A stretch of DNA of 64,000 nucleotides, from the NCBI GenBank assembly GCA_039794085.1, contig JBDIWC010000009.1:3095-67094 (forward strand), read 5' to 3'. Positions 38,946-47,248 of the stretch are shown here, in pieces; the stretch's first letter is position 1; every line of letters starts with the position of its first letter. Position numbers and translations under genes: made by a program. The DNA is from Gemmatimonadales bacterium. GTDB taxonomy: Bacteria; Gemmatimonadota; Gemmatimonadetes; Gemmatimonadales; GWC2-71-9. Below the pieces are notes generated by a model, which was not told the DNA's origin, made no database searches, and saw only the letters and a list, made by a program, of their open reading frames with translations.

Positions 38946-39626
38946 TCAGATGGTGGGGGGAGGAACCGCAGGGAGGTCCTTCGGGGTGGTCTTGAGTCTC
39001 GTCGCGTATCCCCCTCCCCACCGGAGCAGAGAAACGCCGCCGCCAGCCCCGGTCCACCGGACGAGCCCAAACGGCACGTCAGGGCTCAGGGCGAGTTCCC
39101 TGGTTCCCGTTTCGCCTCGCCAGAGATGCAGGTTGATCCGGCGACCCGCGATCTCCATCGAGGAGGCACCCGCCGACTCCAATCCCCGGCAGCTGACGCC
39201 GAGAAGGGCGGTGATGGCGGTTCGCCGACCCGAGAGAGTACTCAACATGGCCCCCGTGAGCCGCATCGCCGGTCCATTTTCCACTTCGAGGATCGCCTCG
39301 GCAAGATCGGTCACCGAGGCCACCGGGTACTGTCGTCCCAGGACCTGTACCGTCACGAGGTGCCCTGCTCCATCGGGACCCGACGACTCGAGGCGCCACA
39401 GTCCGGGCGGGGCTTCGAGCACACCCAGGGTGAGGGTCTCCCCGTCCACGGCCCACTCCACCCAGGTTCCGGCCGGGGGAGGAGTTCGCGGCAGCTGGCA
39501 CTCCTGTGGTGCCGAACCGGACGGAGATCTCGCGCCCTCCGCCCCTCCACCGACACCGGGGCCGGACAGGAGGAGCAGGGCACCCAGAGTGGGGCCCTTC
39601 CACCGGGAGCGGGTCCGGGTCGTCAG
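38946..39626 (-). CDS. Hypothetical exported protein; probable CTG start coupled to pntB
   Basis: The track ORF 38946..39461 extends upstream in frame to a basic+hydrophobic signal-like N-terminus (TTRTRSRWKGPTLGALLLLSG) starting at a CTG that overlaps the pntB stop; C-terminal SPDVPFGLVR. Confidence 0.55.
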   Translation of the reverse strand: MTTRTRSRWKGPTLGALLLLSGPGVGGGAEGARSPSGSAPQECQLPRTPPPAGTWVEWAVDGETLTLGVLEAPPGLWRLESSGPDGAGHLVTVQVLGRQYPVASVTDLAEAILEVENGPAMRLTGAMLSTLSGRRTAITALLGVSCRGLESAGASSMEIAGRRINLHLWRGETGTRELALSPDVPFGLVRWTGAGGGVSLLRWGGGYATRLKTTPKDLPAVPPPTI

Positions 39627-41020
39627 AGCGCCTTGACCTCGCTCACCAGCGCCGTCAACGACTTTTTCGCATCCCCGAAAAGCATGGAGGTCTTGGGGTC
39701 GTAGAACAGGTCGTTTTCGATGCCGGCAAAACCCGATCCCATGCCCCGCTTGAGCACGATGGTGCTCCTCGCCATGTCCACATTGAGAATCGGCATGCCG
39801 TAGATCGGGCTGGCGGGGTCGTTCCGCGCGGCGGGGTTTACCACGTCATTGGCCCCGATGACCAGGGCCACGTCGGTGCGCTCGAACTCGCTGTTGATCT
39901 GATCCATGTCGAAGAGCTTGTCGTAGGGCACGTTGGCCTCCGCCAGCAGCACGTTCATGTGTCCCGGCATCCGACCCGCCACGGGGTGGATCGCAAACTT
40001 GACCACCCCGCCTCGCTTTTCGATGAGGTCGGCCAGTTCCCGGACGATGTGCTGAGCCTGGGCCACGGCCAGACCGTATCCCGGGACCACGATCACCTGC
40101 TGGGCGAAGGCCAACTGCACCGCGGCGTCCTCGGCGGACACCTGGCGAACCGTCAGGCCCTCGGCGCTTCGGCCGATCGCTGCGGCGGTTCCTCCCCCAA
40201 AGGCGCCGAACAGGACATTGGCCAGTGATCGGTTCATGGCCTTGCACATGATCTGGCTCAGGATGATTCCCGAGGAGCCGACCAATGCCCCGGCGATGAT
40301 CAGCACCTCGTTGCGGATGACGAAGCCGGTCATCGCGGCCGCAATCCCTGAATACGAGTTGAGGAGCGAAATGACCACCGGCATGTCGGCCCCGCCGATC
40401 GGGATGACCAGCAGGATCCCCAGCAGCAGAGCGATGCTCACGACCACCAGGAAGGGCCACAGGACGGGGACGGGGCTGGTGACCTGCACCGCGCCCAGGA
40501 CCAGGACCGTGAGGAACAGGAGAGCGTTGAGCACCTTCTGGGCCGGGAAGGTGATGGGTCGGCCCGTCATCAGCTCCTGCAGCTTGGCGAACGCGATGAG
40601 GCTTCCGGTCAGGGTCACGGAGCCGATCAGCACGGACAACTGGATCGTGATGTCCACGTCGAGAGGCAGAGCCCGTCCCGACTGCTCCGACCGGAGGAAC
40701 TCCGCCCCGCCCACCAGCAGCGAGGCGCCGCCGCCGAGTCCATTGAGAAGGGCCACCATCTGCGGCATGGCTGTCATCCGGACCGTCCGAGCCATCCAGA
40801 GGCCGATCCCTCCCCCCACCACGATGCCGGCCCCGATGACGCCAAATCCGGCGGGGACGATCTGGTGATCCAGCAATGTGAGCACCATCGCCAGAAGCAT
40901 TCCCACGCCGGACAGCCGGTACCCTTGTACCGCGGTCGCGGGAGAGGCCATTCGCTTCAGGCCGACGATGAAGAAGACGGCGGCCAGGAGATATCCCAGT
41001 TCGCGCAGGGCGTCCGGCAT
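39623..41020 (-). CDS. pntB: NAD(P)+ transhydrogenase subunit beta
   Basis: MTAMPQMVALLNG.GG, PIGGADMPVVISLLNSYSG, PGYGLAVAQAQ, HPVAGRMPGHMNVLLAEA, GANDVVNP; start ATG 41020. Confidence 0.96.
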   Translation of the reverse strand: MPDALRELGYLLAAVFFIVGLKRMASPATAVQGYRLSGVGMLLAMVLTLLDHQIVPAGFGVIGAGIVVGGGIGLWMARTVRMTAMPQMVALLNGLGGGASLLVGGAEFLRSEQSGRALPLDVDITIQLSVLIGSVTLTGSLIAFAKLQELMTGRPITFPAQKVLNALLFLTVLVLGAVQVTSPVPVLWPFLVVVSIALLLGILLVIPIGGADMPVVISLLNSYSGIAAAMTGFVIRNEVLIIAGALVGSSGIILSQIMCKAMNRSLANVLFGAFGGGTAAAIGRSAEGLTVRQVSAEDAAVQLAFAQQVIVVPGYGLAVAQAQHIVRELADLIEKRGGVVKFAIHPVAGRMPGHMNVLLAEANVPYDKLFDMDQINSEFERTDVALVIGANDVVNPAARNDPASPIYGMPILNVDMARSTIVLKRGMGSGFAGIENDLFYDPKTSMLFGDAKKSLTALVSEVKAL

Positions 41021-41313
41021 CAGTTGGCCTCCGGCTTTTTCTTGAACATCTGCAGCATGCGGTCGGTTACGGCATACCCCCCCGCGACGTTCATCATCGC
41101 GAAGACCACGGCCAGGAAGCCAAGGACCGTGGAGATCCATCCGAGTCCCGCCCCGGCCACCAGGATGGCCCCGACGATGGTGATTCCGCTGATGGCATTG
41201 GCGCCCGACATGAGGGGCGTATGCAGGGTCGTGGGCACTCGATGAATGAGTTCCACTCCGAGAAAGGTGGTGAGCACGAAGACGACAATACCGGCGATCA
41301 GGGCTTCAGCCAT
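41020..41313 (-). CDS. pntAb: NAD(P)+ transhydrogenase alpha subunit, membrane part (alpha2)
   Basis: VPTTLHTPLMSGANAISG, NVAGGYAVTDRMLQMF; start ATG 41313. Confidence 0.95.
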   Translation of the reverse strand: MAEALIAGIVVFVLTTFLGVELIHRVPTTLHTPLMSGANAISGITIVGAILVAGAGLGWISTVLGFLAVVFAMMNVAGGYAVTDRMLQMFKKKPEAN

Positions 41314-41318
41314 CGGTC

Positions 41319-42419
41319 TCAGCTCCCGGTGCGGACGGCCCCGGCGTGCGTGACGCACATGGGGCCGAGGGTGGAATCGTCCAGGTCGATCTTCACGGCG
41401 CCGTCCTGGAGCAGGAAGTCAAGGAAGGTCTGCAGGTTGCGACTGTACATCAGGCTGGCATGGTGGGCGTGCGCGCTGGGCAGGTTGGCGGGACCGATGA
41501 TGCGAACTCCCGACTCGACCACCTCCTCCCCGAATCGCGTGAGTTCACAGTTGCCCCCGGACTCCGCCGCGAGGTCCACGATGACCGATCCCGGCCGCAT
41601 GCTCCGCACCATGTCGGCGGTCAGGACCCGGGGGGCCGGCCGGCCCGGAATCTGCGCCGTCGTGAGGACGAGGTCCATGTCCCGGACATGGCGCCCGATC
41701 GCCTCGCGCACACGCAGTTGCTGGTCCTCGGCCAGTTCCTTGGCATAGCCCCCGGTTCCCTCGGCTCCGACCGCCTCCACGTCGAGGAAGGTGGCTCCGA
41801 GGCTCATGACCTGTTCCTTCACGATGGGCCTCACATCGAAGGCCGACACGATGGCGCCGAGCCGCCGGGTGGTCGCAATGGCCTGGAGACCCGCGACCCC
41901 GGCTCCCACGATGAAGGCCTTGGCCGGGGGGAGGGTTCCCGCGGCCGTCACCAGCATGGGCAGGAGCTTGTCGAGGCGCGAGGCCGCGAGCAGCACGGCG
42001 GCATACCCGGCCACCGTGGCCTGAGAGGAGAGGACATCCATCGCCTGGGCCTTGGTGGTTCGGGGCACGAGTTCCATCGCGAAGGACGAGACCCCCCGGG
42101 CCGCGAGCGCCTGGAGCAGGTCGGCCGCGGTCGAGGGCTGGAGCAGCGCGGCCAGGACCGCGCCCGAGGCGAACGCCGCCACCTCCCCCTCCGGTGGTGC
42201 CTGCACCTGCAGCACGATTTCCGCGCCGAGTGCCTCGGCGCGGGAGGCGACATGAGCACCAGCATCGCGATAGGCCTCGTCGGGAAACGAGGCCGCGAGT
42301 CCGGCACCTTCTTCGATGATGAGGTCGTGGCCGGCCTTCACCAGCCGAGCCACCGTGGGGGGAACCAGCGCCACGCGGCGTTCATGGGACACCGCTTCCA
42401 TCGGTACACCGATGCGCAT
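41319..42419 (-). CDS. pntAa: NAD(P)+ transhydrogenase alpha subunit, soluble part (alpha1)
   Basis: ERRVALVP, AQAMDVLSSQ, GAGVAGLQAI, GGYAKE, TAQIPGRPAP, DLAAESGGNC. Confidence 0.95.
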   Translation of the reverse strand: MRIGVPMEAVSHERRVALVPPTVARLVKAGHDLIIEEGAGLAASFPDEAYRDAGAHVASRAEALGAEIVLQVQAPPEGEVAAFASGAVLAALLQPSTAADLLQALAARGVSSFAMELVPRTTKAQAMDVLSSQATVAGYAAVLLAASRLDKLLPMLVTAAGTLPPAKAFIVGAGVAGLQAIATTRRLGAIVSAFDVRPIVKEQVMSLGATFLDVEAVGAEGTGGYAKELAEDQQLRVREAIGRHVRDMDLVLTTAQIPGRPAPRVLTADMVRSMRPGSVIVDLAAESGGNCELTRFGEEVVESGVRIIGPANLPSAHAHHASLMYSRNLQTFLDFLLQDGAVKIDLDDSTLGPMCVTHAGAVRTGS

Positions 42420-42517
42420 CAGGTCTCCTTGTTCGTCCAGGGTGCCCGCAATCTATGCAGGGGATGGAGTCGGCAACAGGGCGCACGGCATCCTCACGGG
42501 ATTCTTCATGCGAATCA

Positions 42518-42546
42518 TGGACATCTCTTCACGGATCCCGTATTCT
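42518..42546 (+). promoter_or_regulatory. Putative thrBC promoter
   Basis: TGGACA(42518)-N17-TATTCT(42541), 8 nt before ATG 42555. Confidence 0.55.
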
Positions 42547-42554
42547 GTACCTTC

Positions 42555-43535
42555 ATGCTCCCCGATTCCCCCCACTCGCCGGCACCGTGTCCCACCCCAT
42601 TCCCGGCTCCCCTCGGAGGAGAAACCGTGACCGTTCGGGCTCCGGGATCGATTGGCAACGTGGGACCGGGGCTCGATGTGCTGGGCCTCGCCGTCACCGG
42701 ACCCGTCGACCTCGTGACGCTCGGCCGAACCGACCACGCGGGCCTCGTGGTGATCGACCCCGGTCACCCGGCGCTGCCCCGGGACCCCGAACGGAACACG
42801 GCCTCGCTCGCGGTCGCAGCGGCGTGCCGACTCGCGGGGATCCCGGTCCCGGGCCTCACGGTCCACGTTCGCAAGGGGCTCCCTCTCGCGGGGGGACAGG
42901 GGGGAAGCGCCGCCTCGGCCGCCGCGGGAGCGGTGGCGGCCAACATCCTCCTCGATCTCGCCCTGACCCCATCCCAGCTGGCCGAGGCCGCCCTGGAGGC
43001 GGAAACGGTGGTGGCGGGCCGTCACGCCGACAACGTCGCGCCCTCCCTTCTCGGGGGCCTGGTCCTCATCCGATCCACCGATCCTCTCGACCTCATTTCC
43101 CTCCCCATGCCCCCGGCCCTTCGCTGCGTCCTGGTCCACCCCGACTACACCCTCTTGACGGCGGTTGGCCGCCAGGCGCTCCCGGCCATGGTCTCCCGGG
43201 ACGACGCCATGGCGCAGGCCGCCAACGTGGCCGGACTCGTGGCCGGGGCCTGCCTCGGCGATCTCGCGCTCCTCGGGCGGTCCCTCGAGGACCGGATTGC
43301 GGAACCGGCCCGCGGCCCCCTCCTGCCGGGATTCCCCGAAGCGCGTCGCGCGGCCCTCGACGCCGGTGCCCTTGGTTGCTCCATTTCCGGGAGCGGTCCC
43401 ACGGCCTTCGCCCTGGTCACCGAGGAGACCGCGGCCCCGGTCCTCTCGGCCATGAGGGACGCGTACACGCGGATGGGTATCGCCTCCGAGGGACGGATCG
43501 CCTCCGGCGAACCCCGGGGCGCCGGACCGGCATGA
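42555..43535 (+). CDS. thrB: Homoserine kinase (GHMP family)
   Basis: APGSIGNVGPGLDVLGLA, KGLPLAGGQGGSAAS, HADNVAP, SISGSGPT. An alternative start is GTG 42627 with GGAGGAG. Confidence 0.92.
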   Translation: MLPDSPHSPAPCPTPFPAPLGGETVTVRAPGSIGNVGPGLDVLGLAVTGPVDLVTLGRTDHAGLVVIDPGHPALPRDPERNTASLAVAAACRLAGIPVPGLTVHVRKGLPLAGGQGGSAASAAAGAVAANILLDLALTPSQLAEAALEAETVVAGRHADNVAPSLLGGLVLIRSTDPLDLISLPMPPALRCVLVHPDYTLLTAVGRQALPAMVSRDDAMAQAANVAGLVAGACLGDLALLGRSLEDRIAEPARGPLLPGFPEARRAALDAGALGCSISGSGPTAFALVTEETAAPVLSAMRDAYTRMGIASEGRIASGEPRGAGPA

Positions 43536-44794
43536 GCTTCGAGACGCCACGTCCCCCGTCCTGGGTCGTCTGCCAGGCGTGCGGCGACGAGGACACGATC
43601 CTGACACCACACGTCCGATGCCGGTCGTGCGGCGGACTCCAGGAAGTGCGGCACCGCGCCCCTGGTCTTCCGGGCCCGTTGCTTCGCGGACTCTTCAACA
43701 CCCGATGCTGTCACCGGGGAGACAGCGAGGTGTCCGGGGTGTGGCGTTTCAAGGAACTGATTCTCCCCGGGCTGTCCGAGGAGAACATCGTTCGTTATCC
43801 GGAGGGGAACACCCCTCTCGTGTTTCGCGAACGGCTCGCGGAGAGGGTCGGCGTGGAGGACCTCCGGTGCAAGGTGGAGGGGATGAACCCCACCGGCTCT
43901 TTCAAGGATCGTGGGATGACGGTGGCCGTGTCCCAGGCGCGAGCGAGCGGGGCCCGAGCCGTGGCTTGCGCGTCCACCGGCAACACGTCCGCTTCCATGG
44001 CCACGTACGCCGCCCTGGCAGGCCTTCCCGCCTTCGTGCTGGTTCCGGCCGGTCAGGTCGCCCCGGCCAAACTGGCCCAGACCGAGGCCACCGGCGCCCA
44101 CATCATCCCGGTGGAGGGTGACTTCGACGCGTGTCTGCGCCTGTTGGAGGAGGTGGCTCCCACCGTCGGGGTCCATCTGGTCAACAGCATCAACCCCTTC
44201 CGGATCGAGGGCCAGAAGGCGGTGATGTTCGAGATCCTGCAACAAATGGAATGGGACCCGCCGGAGTGGGTCGCCCTGCCCGCGGGCAACCTTGGCAACA
44301 CGGCCGCCGTGGGCAAGGCACTCCTCGAAGCGCGGGCCTGGGGGCTCCTCGATCGACTCCCCCGCCTCCTCGCGGTCCAGGCGGAAGGCGCGGCCCCCTT
44401 TGCCGCGGGGTTCGCGGACCAGTTTGCCACCCGCCACCGGGTGACGGCCACCACACGGGCCACCGCCATCCGAATCGGGGACCCCGCCTCCTGGGATCGC
44501 GCCGCCACGGCGATCAGGGAAACCCACGGTGAGGTGATCGCCGTGCCGGACGAGGCCATCTTCGAGGCGAAGCGGGAGATCGATCGAGCGGGGATCGGGT
44601 GCGAACCTGCCAGCGCCGCCAGCGTGGCGGGGGTCCGGGTGCTCCGGGCCCGGGGGACCATCGCGGCCGCGGACCGGGTGGTCGCCATCCTGACCGGTCA
44701 CCTGCTGAAGGACCCCACTCCGGACCCGGCCAGGATGACGTCCCTTCCACCGATCCCGGCCACGGCGGAAGCCCTGAGGAGCGCCCTGGCCTGA
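43532..44794 (+). CDS. thrC: Threonine synthase (N-terminal Zn-ribbon type)
   Basis: CQAC..CRSC, EGNTPL, NPTGSFKDRG, CASTGNTSAS, NSINPFRIEGQK, GNLGN, CEPASA, TGHLLKD; ATGA overlap with thrB. Confidence 0.94.
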   Translation: MSFETPRPPSWVVCQACGDEDTILTPHVRCRSCGGLQEVRHRAPGLPGPLLRGLFNTRCCHRGDSEVSGVWRFKELILPGLSEENIVRYPEGNTPLVFRERLAERVGVEDLRCKVEGMNPTGSFKDRGMTVAVSQARASGARAVACASTGNTSASMATYAALAGLPAFVLVPAGQVAPAKLAQTEATGAHIIPVEGDFDACLRLLEEVAPTVGVHLVNSINPFRIEGQKAVMFEILQQMEWDPPEWVALPAGNLGNTAAVGKALLEARAWGLLDRLPRLLAVQAEGAAPFAAGFADQFATRHRVTATTRATAIRIGDPASWDRAATAIRETHGEVIAVPDEAIFEAKREIDRAGIGCEPASAASVAGVRVLRARGTIAAADRVVAILTGHLLKDPTPDPARMTSLPPIPATAEALRSALA

Positions 44795-44800
44795 ACGGGG

Positions 44801-44828
44801 CGGAGGGGCGGTAGGACCCGCCCCTCCG
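44801..44828. terminator. Hairpin between convergent thrC and peroxiredoxin gene
   Basis: CGGAGGGGCGG-taggac-CCGCCCCTCCG, an 11-bp stem. Confidence 0.65.
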
Positions 44829-44836
44829 GGCCCGCC

Positions 44837-45391
44837 CTATTTCCCGGCGATCCGATCGACCGCTTCCTGCAATTCCTGGTAGGCCGTCGGGTCGATTTCC
44901 CGGAAGGGACTCATCACATGGGCGATCGTCCCGGTGGAATCGATGACGAACAGCGTCCGGTTGTCGATCTTGCGATCGGGGAGAGCCGCCCCGTACCGGG
45001 TACCGATGAGCGCCTCCGGATCACTCAGGAACCGGAACGGGAAATCCTTCTCCGCCGCCCAGGAGGCCTGGTCCTCGGCTGCGTCCGCACTGATGGCGAG
45101 CAGGACCACGTCCTGGCCGCCGCGAAAGAGCGTGGCGTACTGATCACGGTACGCCTCCATTTGGATGGTTCAGCCCTTGGTGCGCACCCGGTAGAAGAAC
45201 GCGATCACCACCGTCTGACCCTTGAAATCGCTGAGCTTCACGGGGTTCCCCACACCCTCGCGCGTCGAGGAGACCAGGGTGAAATCGGGAGCGGGCGTGC
45301 CCACCGCCAGCGGCGTCAGGGCTTGCGCCACCGCCGGCGGTGCGCCGCCCGCGAGGGCCGTGAGGAGCAGCGCTCCGGTAACACGTTTCAT
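44837..45391 (-). CDS. Exported peroxiredoxin-like (AhpC/TSA) protein with in-frame UGA, probable selenoprotein (184 aa)
   Basis: Track ORFs 45170..45520 and 44837..45160 are in the same frame and joined by TGA: [10 protein letters not shown]...[24 protein letters not shown]...AISAD...FPFRFLSD...[18 protein letters not shown]; signal peptide ending AVA. Confidence 0.85.
45134..45155 (-). promoter_or_regulatory. Candidate bacterial SECIS hairpin
   Basis: mRNA GGCGUAC-CGUGAUCA-GUACGCC begins 14 nt 3' of the UGA (45172-45170). Confidence 0.6.
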
Positions 45392-45565
45392 GAGACCTCC
45401 TGGAGAGTGTGGGCAGCCCCGATGGGGCCATCTGCATCCGCCCCCCGGGACGGACGACCGAAGCTTACTTCCGAGAGCCCTGCGGACGCCAGACCAGCCG
45501 CCTCTCAGGTGGGTTCCCACGCCGACTCGTCACGCCTCGGGGGCCGCCGTGGTATTTTCCTCTCC

Positions 45566-47245
45566 ATGGCGAATTACCAATACATCTACACGATGCAGAA
45601 CCTGGGGAAGGTGGTCCCCCCCAGCCGGGAGATTCTCAAGGGGATCCATCTCGCATTCTTCCCCGGTGCCAAGATCGGGGTTCTGGGCTCCAACGGTGCC
45701 GGCAAAAGCACTCTGCTCCGCATCATGGCGGGTGTCGACCAGGACTTTCTCGGTCATGCCCGTCCGGCAGATGGGGTCCGGATCGGATATCTGCCCCAGG
45801 AGCCGTCCCTTGATCCCACCCTGACGGTACGGGAAAACGTCGAAACGGCCGTCGCCCCGATCCGGGCGCTTCTGACCGAGTTCGAAACGATCAGTGCCCG
45901 GTTTGCCGAGCCGATGGACGAGGAGACGATGAACGCCCTGATCGAGGAGCAGGGCGAGGTACAGACCCGGATCGAGGCGGCGGACGCGTGGGATCTCGAC
46001 CGCAAGATCGACATCGCCATGGATGCCCTGCGGCTCCCTCCCGGCGAGGCGAGCGTGGCGCCACTTTCGGGAGGAGAACGGAGACGGGTGGCCCTCTGCC
46101 GGGTGCTCCTCGAGCAGCCCGACCTGCTGCTTCTCGACGAGCCGACCAACCACCTCGATGCCGAATCGGTGGCGTGGCTGGAGCGTCATCTCGCGGAATT
46201 CCCCGGCACGGTCGTCGCCGTGACCCACGATCGGTATTTCCTCGACAACGTGGCCGGGTGGATTCTCGAACTGGACCGGGGAGAGGGAATCCCCTGGGAA
46301 GGAAACTATTCCTCGTGGCTGGAGCAGAAGGAGCGGCGCCTGGCCCTGGAGGAGAAGCAGGAGTCGACCCGCCGCCGCACCCTGGCCCGCGAACTGGAGT
46401 GGGTCCGGATGTCACCCCGGGCGCGCCAGGCCAAGTCGAAGGCACGTCTCCAGGCGTATGACGCGCTGGTGGCCGATGAAACGGCGGCCCGGGAGGCCGG
46501 GGCGGAGATCCTCATCCCCCCGGCCCCGCGCCTGGGAGAAGAGGTCGTGATCGCCCGGGATGTGGCGAAGGGATTCGACGACCGCCTGCTCTTCGACGGA
46601 CTCGACTTCGCTCTCCCGCGCGGGGGGATCGTGGGAGTCATCGGCCCGAACGGCAGCGGCAAGACCACGCTCTTTCGGATGATCATGGGCCAGGAGGAAC
46701 CGGATGCCGGTACCTTGACCGTGGGGAGCACGGTCCAACCCGCCTATGTCGACCAGTCCCGGGACGCGCTGGATCCGGATCGCACCGTCTTCGAGGAGAT
46801 CTCCGGGGGCCATGAGTTCCTCGAATTCGGCACCCGGTCGGTGAATGCCCGCGCCTACGCGGCCGGTTTCGGATTTCGGGGAGCGGATCAACAGAAGCGC
46901 GTGGGGAACCTCTCCGGCGGAGAGCGGAACCGCCTGCATCTGGCGCGGCTGCTGCGGACCGGTGGCAACCTGCTGCTCCTCGACGAACCGACCAATGACC
47001 TCGATGTGGACACGCTTCGTGCCCTGGAGGATGCGCTCCTCCGGTTCTCCGGATGTGCGGTCGTGATCAGCCACGACCGGTGGTTTCTGGACCGGATCGC
47101 CACTCACATCCTGGCGTTCGAGGGCAACAGCGAGGTGGTGTGGTATGAGGGGAACTATCAGGATTACGCCGCCGATTACCACCGGCGCAAGGGGGGCAGC
47201 GCCGATCGTCCCCATCGGATCAAGTACCGGAAGCTGGTGCACTGA
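45566..47245 (+). CDS. ettA: Energy-dependent translational throttle protein EttA (ABC-F)
   Basis: [57 protein letters not shown], second ABC domain, PHRIKYRKL; start ATG 45566. Confidence 0.95.
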   Translation: MANYQYIYTMQNLGKVVPPSREILKGIHLAFFPGAKIGVLGSNGAGKSTLLRIMAGVDQDFLGHARPADGVRIGYLPQEPSLDPTLTVRENVETAVAPIRALLTEFETISARFAEPMDEETMNALIEEQGEVQTRIEAADAWDLDRKIDIAMDALRLPPGEASVAPLSGGERRRVALCRVLLEQPDLLLLDEPTNHLDAESVAWLERHLAEFPGTVVAVTHDRYFLDNVAGWILELDRGEGIPWEGNYSSWLEQKERRLALEEKQESTRRRTLARELEWVRMSPRARQAKSKARLQAYDALVADETAAREAGAEILIPPAPRLGEEVVIARDVAKGFDDRLLFDGLDFALPRGGIVGVIGPNGSGKTTLFRMIMGQEEPDAGTLTVGSTVQPAYVDQSRDALDPDRTVFEEISGGHEFLEFGTRSVNARAYAAGFGFRGADQQKRVGNLSGGERNRLHLARLLRTGGNLLLLDEPTNDLDVDTLRALEDALLRFSGCAVVISHDRWFLDRIATHILAFEGNSEVVWYEGNYQDYAADYHRRKGGSADRPHRIKYRKLVH

Positions 47246-47248
47246 ATC

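Noticed and set aside
38445-39704. 419-aa plus-strand ORF
   Set aside because: It overlaps the sigma gene start, the regulatory region and a minus-strand gene, and its composition is not protein-like.
44837-45520. Two separate small genes or a nonsense pseudogene
   Set aside because: The single TGA falls exactly on the catalytic Cys column and is followed by a hairpin, with both halves intact. TGA is a normal stop elsewhere, so there is no global recoding.
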